In this document: piece after piece, positions 59,615 through 64,000 of the stretch
Numbering within the stretch: position 1 is the stretch's first letter
Layout of the letters: each line of letters starts with the position of its first letter
Source: Candidatus Latescibacterota bacterium
GTDB lineage: Bacteria; Latescibacterota; UBA2968; UBA8231
DNA length: 64,000 nucleotides
NCBI GenBank assembly: GCA_965223905.1
Contig: CBDCXV010000011.1
Coordinates: 1,984,001 to 2,048,000 of the forward strand
Reading direction: 5' to 3'
Notes under the pieces: generated by a model
The model's database searches: none
What the model was told of the DNA's origin: nothing
The model's input: only the letters and a program-made list of their open reading frames with translations
Translations under genes and position numbers: made by a program

Positions 59615-61099
59615 ATGATCGTATTGAACGGAGGACCCGGAATCGAGATAAGCGAAGCGGTGCTGTTCCCCTACGACGACCGCACGATACCGTTCCGGTA
59701 CCGGCTGCAGATCGGGCTCGTCGAGGGCGTGAACCCCTACAAGGGCCACCTCGTCGCCATGGAGCGGGGCGGGCCGGGGACCCCGGACAGCCGCGTGGTC
59801 AAGTACTACGGCGCCGTCTGCCAGGTCGAGGACGAGCTGCGGCTCTGGTACCTCGGCCACGGGGATATCGACGGCGAGCCGACGCCGGCGCAGGTCTGCT
59901 ACGCCGTCAGCACCGACGGCGTCAACTGGGAGAAGCCCGAGCTGGGACTCGTCGAGTTCAACGGCTCGAAGCGGAACAACCTCCTCCCCTTCCAAGCCCC
60001 GGGAACGCCGGCCTCCTGCTCGGTGCTCTACGACCCGGAGGACCCCGATCCGGCGCGCCGCTTCAAGATGGTGACCGAGGACAACCCCTACTACATCACC
60101 GTTTCGTACAGCGATGACGGCATCCACTGGAAGGAGGGGCCGAACAACCCGATCCTCAAGCACAACGCCATCGAGCCGACCGGGCTGATCCGGTTCAACG
60201 GCTGCTACCTCCTCAACGGGCAGGGGGGCAACGTCGGCACCAAGAGAGCGCTGGTCACCTTCGTCTCCTGGGACTTCGACAACTGGAGCGACGCCGTGGT
60301 GCTGGGGCTGCGCCGCGACCGGCACCCGTACCGGCAGATCGCCGGCTGCCACGCCGGCGAGCAGGTGCACCTCGGAGCCGGCCTCTGGGACCGGGGCAAC
60401 GTCCTCATCGGGGTGTACGGCATGTGGCACGGCGAGTCGAACGACCGCCGTTTCATCAGCATGGACCTCGGGTTTCTCGTCAGCAACGACGCCCTTCACT
60501 TCACCGAGCCGATTCCGGATTTCAAGTTCATCGCCGGGTACGAGATCGAAAAGGAGGGGAGCGACTTCCCCACCCTCGAGCAGGGCCAGGGGTTCGCCAA
60601 CGTCGGCGACGAGTCCCTCGTCTGGTACTCGAACTGGCGGGGGGGCGACCTGCACGTGGCGCGCTTCCCGCGCGACCGCCTCGGCTATTTCGAGGTCGTG
60701 CCCGACCCCAGGCCGAACCTGCTGCCGAGCGAGGACACCCATCAGCTCTACTGGCGGGAGCACATCGGCGACATGGTGCCGGAGTACGCCGAGCCCCACT
60801 GCATCTCCTGTCCCATCGACCTCAAGGGCTCACCGGCTTCGGTGTACGTCAACGTCCAGGGACTGTCGCCGCAGAACCGGCTCACCGTCGAACTGCTGGA
60901 CGAGCGCATGCGGCCGCTTCCCGGGTTCGGCAGGGCCGACTGCCTTCCCGTTGCCGACGGGCTGCGGACGCCGGTCGCCTGGAAGGAAGCGCGGATCCTG
61001 GAGGGAATCGACTCCCCCGTGCGGGTGCGGATCAACTGGGAGTGCGAGCGTCCCGGGGACGTGTTCCTTTACGCGGCGTACGTGGCGAATGACGGTTGA
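59615..61099 (+). CDS. Five-bladed beta-propeller glycoside hydrolase-like protein
   Basis: CYAVSTDGVNWEKPELG, DPARRFKM, SDDGIHW, RDRLGY. Confidence 0.75.
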   Translation: MIVLNGGPGIEISEAVLFPYDDRTIPFRYRLQIGLVEGVNPYKGHLVAMERGGPGTPDSRVVKYYGAVCQVEDELRLWYLGHGDIDGEPTPAQVCYAVSTDGVNWEKPELGLVEFNGSKRNNLLPFQAPGTPASCSVLYDPEDPDPARRFKMVTEDNPYYITVSYSDDGIHWKEGPNNPILKHNAIEPTGLIRFNGCYLLNGQGGNVGTKRALVTFVSWDFDNWSDAVVLGLRRDRHPYRQIAGCHAGEQVHLGAGLWDRGNVLIGVYGMWHGESNDRRFISMDLGFLVSNDALHFTEPIPDFKFIAGYEIEKEGSDFPTLEQGQGFANVGDESLVWYSNWRGGDLHVARFPRDRLGYFEVVPDPRPNLLPSEDTHQLYWREHIGDMVPEYAEPHCISCPIDLKGSPASVYVNVQGLSPQNRLTVELLDERMRPLPGFGRADCLPVADGLRTPVAWKEARILEGIDSPVRVRINWECERPGDVFLYAAYVANDG

Positions 61100-61195
61100 G
61101 GTCGAACGGCGGATTCATCAGTATCTATTCTTGTCGCAATAGCCATCCTGTACCTTTCTGATGAAACTCGCCCCGCCCCTTTCGGAAAGCCCCTG

Positions 61196-62860
61196 ATGAA
61201 ACGGTTACTCGCCCTCGTTTTCTTGCCGGCAACGCTGGCCCAAGCTGACGACGAAATCACCATTGAGTTGCCGGGGGGAGTGCCGCTGGAAATGGTGTGG
61301 ATCGAGCCGGGCAACTTCACCATGGGATCGCCGGAGTACGACGGTACGAGAGAGGTGACGATCTCTCATGGCTTCTACCTGGGCAAGTACGAGCTCACCC
61401 GGGAGCAGTGGCAGGCGGTCATGGGCACCGCGCCCTGGTCGTCTCAGGAGAGTGATCCCCAAGGGCCAAGACTCCCTGCCAACATTTCCTGGCATGACGC
61501 ACAGGAGTTTGCCCAAAGGCTGAACGACCACTTTGGGCAGGACGCTTATCGTCTGCCGACCGAAGCTGAGTGGGAGTACGCCTGCCGGGCGGGCACGACG
61601 ACCCGCTGGTTCTTTGGAGATGACGAGAGCCAGCTGGCGTCCTACGCATGGTACGAAGCCAACGCTATGGGGGATGTTCACTCCGTAGGTGAGAAGCTGC
61701 CCAATCCCTGGGGGCTGTTCGACATGTACGGTAATGCGCTCGAGTGGGTGTGGGACTGGGGTAGCCGCGACTATTACGATGGAACGCCGACGACAGATCC
61801 GTCAGGTCCATTTTGGGGCCACTCCCGGATACTACGAGGTGGGGGCCATCGCTGGAGCGCCGAGTATGTGTCGTCGTTCCGCCAAGAGCCGCATTTCCCG
61901 CACTTTGATGGGTCTGTCTATGGGGAGGCCCCGGGTATGCGTCTCCTCAAAGGGGAACCGCTCGATCTACCTACACCCACTCCCTTTCCCCAAGACAGTT
62001 CAGGCCCGTTTCTGCCCGTCCACGAAGGGAATATCTGGATTATGGCCGTGTATGATCCAGTGAGTTCAGCAAACGTGTCTTTCAGTGCGTACGTATTGGA
62101 GAGGAGTGAGGTCATCGATGGGAAGCAGTACTGGGAATGGCAGAGCCACCTGACTCTACCAATGATTAGAGGCCCCTTCCGCGTAGACGAGAAGGGCATC
62201 TGGGAACTAATCCAGGAACGTTGGACATCCGATGCCCTTAACGAATTGCTGGGAGCGATTGACGCGAATCCCGAACTGCGTGAGTCGCAGTACTATAAGC
62301 AGTCCGCTTTCTTCCAAAGCCTGGAACCCGACCAGAAAGAGTTTTTGCTATACGACTTCGTTGGAGGCACAATCGACTACGACTCCCCTACCATAGGGTT
62401 GGACGGGGAGCTCGTGTGGCTTCATGCAATTACTTTTGAACTTGGAAGGTACATTAAGAAGGAGGAGTGGAGTGTTCCCAATCAGGAAAAATTCTCCTGG
62501 GTTTGCTGCGGCACTGAGGCAGGGGAGGGATGGATAATTTTCCAACGCGGTCTGGGTCCGGTCTCAATTACTATTAGCGATCCCCACGGGTGGTTTGCCC
62601 CAACGCAAGATGAACTGGTGTGGGCCCGTATTGATGGTGTGGAATACGGCCTTCACCCAGGACCTGACTACCCTGGATATCGACAGATTGAGACTGTGGT
62701 CGCGTCTCCCGAGATGAAATCCGCCTACCCAGTTACCAGCCGCCTTTCGCCCAACTTCCCCAACCCTTTCAACGCCAGCACCCAGATCGCCTACCACTTA
62801 GCCACCCCCGGCCCGGTGCGGCTGAGAATCTACAATACCTTGGGCCAGCCCGTGCTCACG
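61196..62860 (+). CDS. Secreted FGE-sulfatase (SUMF1) domain protein with a C-terminal FlgD-Ig domain truncated by IS630
   Basis: FTMGS, YRLPTEAEWEYACRAG, PNPWGLFDMYGN..EW; PNFPNPFNAST.I.Y...IYNTLGQ.V is cut at 62861. Confidence 0.85.
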
Positions 62861-63987
62861 CTAGTGCCTAATTGCATAATTCCGCGTATGTATCATGGAG
62901 CCGGCCCTGGTAGACCTTCTCTTTCTTCCACTCGAAGGGGTGTGCCCTGGAATTGTAAGCGGCGATGAAGGCGTCGATGGCGTTACGCAGCTGTCGGGGC
63001 GAAGTAAAGCTGGCTCCGTGCAAGGCACGACGGCTGAGGATGCTGAACCAGATTTCGATGAGGTTGAGCCAGCACGCATTGGTGGGCGTAAAGTGGAAGT
63101 GAACGTTGGGATGGCGCGCCAACCAGCGGTCGCGCTTGGGCTTGTGGGTGTTGAGGTTGTCCAGGATCACGTGGAGGGTCTGGCCGGCCGGATAGGCGGC
63201 CACCACGTCGTTCATGAAGTCGAGGAACTCCCGGCGCCGGCGTCTCTTGGCGTGCCCGGCCTGGATGTGGCCGGTGGCCACCTCGAGGGCGGCAAACAGG
63301 GTCGTGGTGCCGTGGCGTTGGTAGCGATGGCTGAAGCCGCTCAGCGCCGCACCCCGGGGCAGACGCAAATAGCCCTGGGCGCGCTCCAGCGCCTGGATGG
63401 ACGGCTTCTCGTCGACACACACCACCACCGCGTTCTCCGGCGGGTCGAGATACAAGCCGACGATGTCGGCCGCTTTGGCGGCGAATTCCGGGTCGGTGCT
63501 TACGCAATACGAGCGTCGCCTTTGCAGGTAGATCTTATGCTGACCCAGCACTCTCCACACATGATGGACGGACACCTCTCCCAACGTCTCGGCCACCAGG
63601 GCGGCGGTCCAGGTCGCGTGCCCGGCCGGCGGCGGCTGCGACACCAGGTCGAGGATGCGGTGCTCGGTTTCTTCATCATACCGTTTCGGCTGACCGGGCC
63701 GCGGCGCATCCTGCAGGCCGCCCAGGCCGTGGCGGGCAAAGCGCGTTCGCCACTTGCTCACAGTGGCCGTGCGCATCCTCAGCCGCTGCGCGATCGCATC
63801 GGTCGGTTGACCGGAGGCGGCCGCCAGGATGATGCGCGCACGCAAAGCGAACCGCTGTTCGCTGGTAGCCGACCGCGCCCAGAGCTCCAGGGTGGCCCGA
63901 TCCTCTTCCGTCAACGAAATGGGGGTAGCTTTTCGGGGCATAACCCCAATAAACGTTATAACGATAATTAATGCAATTATGCACCAG
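62861..63987 (-). mobile_element. IS630-family insertion sequence
   Basis: Ends CTAGTGCCTAATTGCAT and ATGCAATTATGCACCAG. Confidence 0.88.
62868..63941 (-). CDS. IS630 transposase, apparently intact
   Basis: CVDEK, Y.RHGT, ILDNLNTHK, HFTPT..CWLNLIE. Confidence 0.93.
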   Translation of the reverse strand: MPRKATPISLTEEDRATLELWARSATSEQRFALRARIILAAASGQPTDAIAQRLRMRTATVSKWRTRFARHGLGGLQDAPRPGQPKRYDEETEHRILDLVSQPPPAGHATWTAALVAETLGEVSVHHVWRVLGQHKIYLQRRRSYCVSTDPEFAAKAADIVGLYLDPPENAVVVCVDEKPSIQALERAQGYLRLPRGAALSGFSHRYQRHGTTTLFAALEVATGHIQAGHAKRRRRREFLDFMNDVVAAYPAGQTLHVILDNLNTHKPKRDRWLARHPNVHFHFTPTNACWLNLIEIWFSILSRRALHGASFTSPRQLRNAIDAFIAAYNSRAHPFEWKKEKVYQGRLHDTYAELCN

Positions 63988-64000
63988 TCAACCAATTCCA

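Noticed and set aside
59504-60799. 715-aa ORF 58652..60799
   Set aside because: The upstream part is the antisense shadow of the 59615 gene.

Overview
GC-rich bacterial accessory region with many short low-GC inserts. The Fn3/Calx-beta/cadherin, ankyrin, PhyH, BNR, FGE-FlgD and C-terminal 'SW-x-x-I/V-K' proteins suggest a Latescibacterota/Gemmatimonadota-like, possibly sponge-associated organism (inference only). The window is a mosaic of five kinds of content. (i) Catabolic genes: Gfo/Idh/MocA, PhyH, BNR/sialidase-like, aldo-keto reductase, ceramidase-like, and four paralogous beta-propeller GH-like genes. (ii) Defence genes: an Hhe-like DUF4011-helicase-Vsr protein, an operon of VapBC, a type ISP-like RM enzyme and an ABC ATPase/TOPRIM pair, three more type II TA pairs, and a type I-G cas7 remnant. 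(iii) An integron-like cassette array with three attC sites and no integrase in the window (42266-45164); it carries a non-canonical class III nucleotide cyclase fused to a DUF5919/PLD-like domain, and a TM-HEPN protein. (iv) A twice-repeated two-gene module of a giant Fn3 surface protein plus a secreted protein with an unnamed ~85-aa domain. (v) Many IS elements or remnants (ISAzo13, IS1380 x2, ISL3, IS5, IS630 x2, IS91). Many genes carry 1-bp indels at homopolymers or abrupt deletion junctions, so some lesions may be assembly errors. No rRNA, tRNA or CRISPR array was seen. All family calls come from motif recognition by eye, not from database searches.
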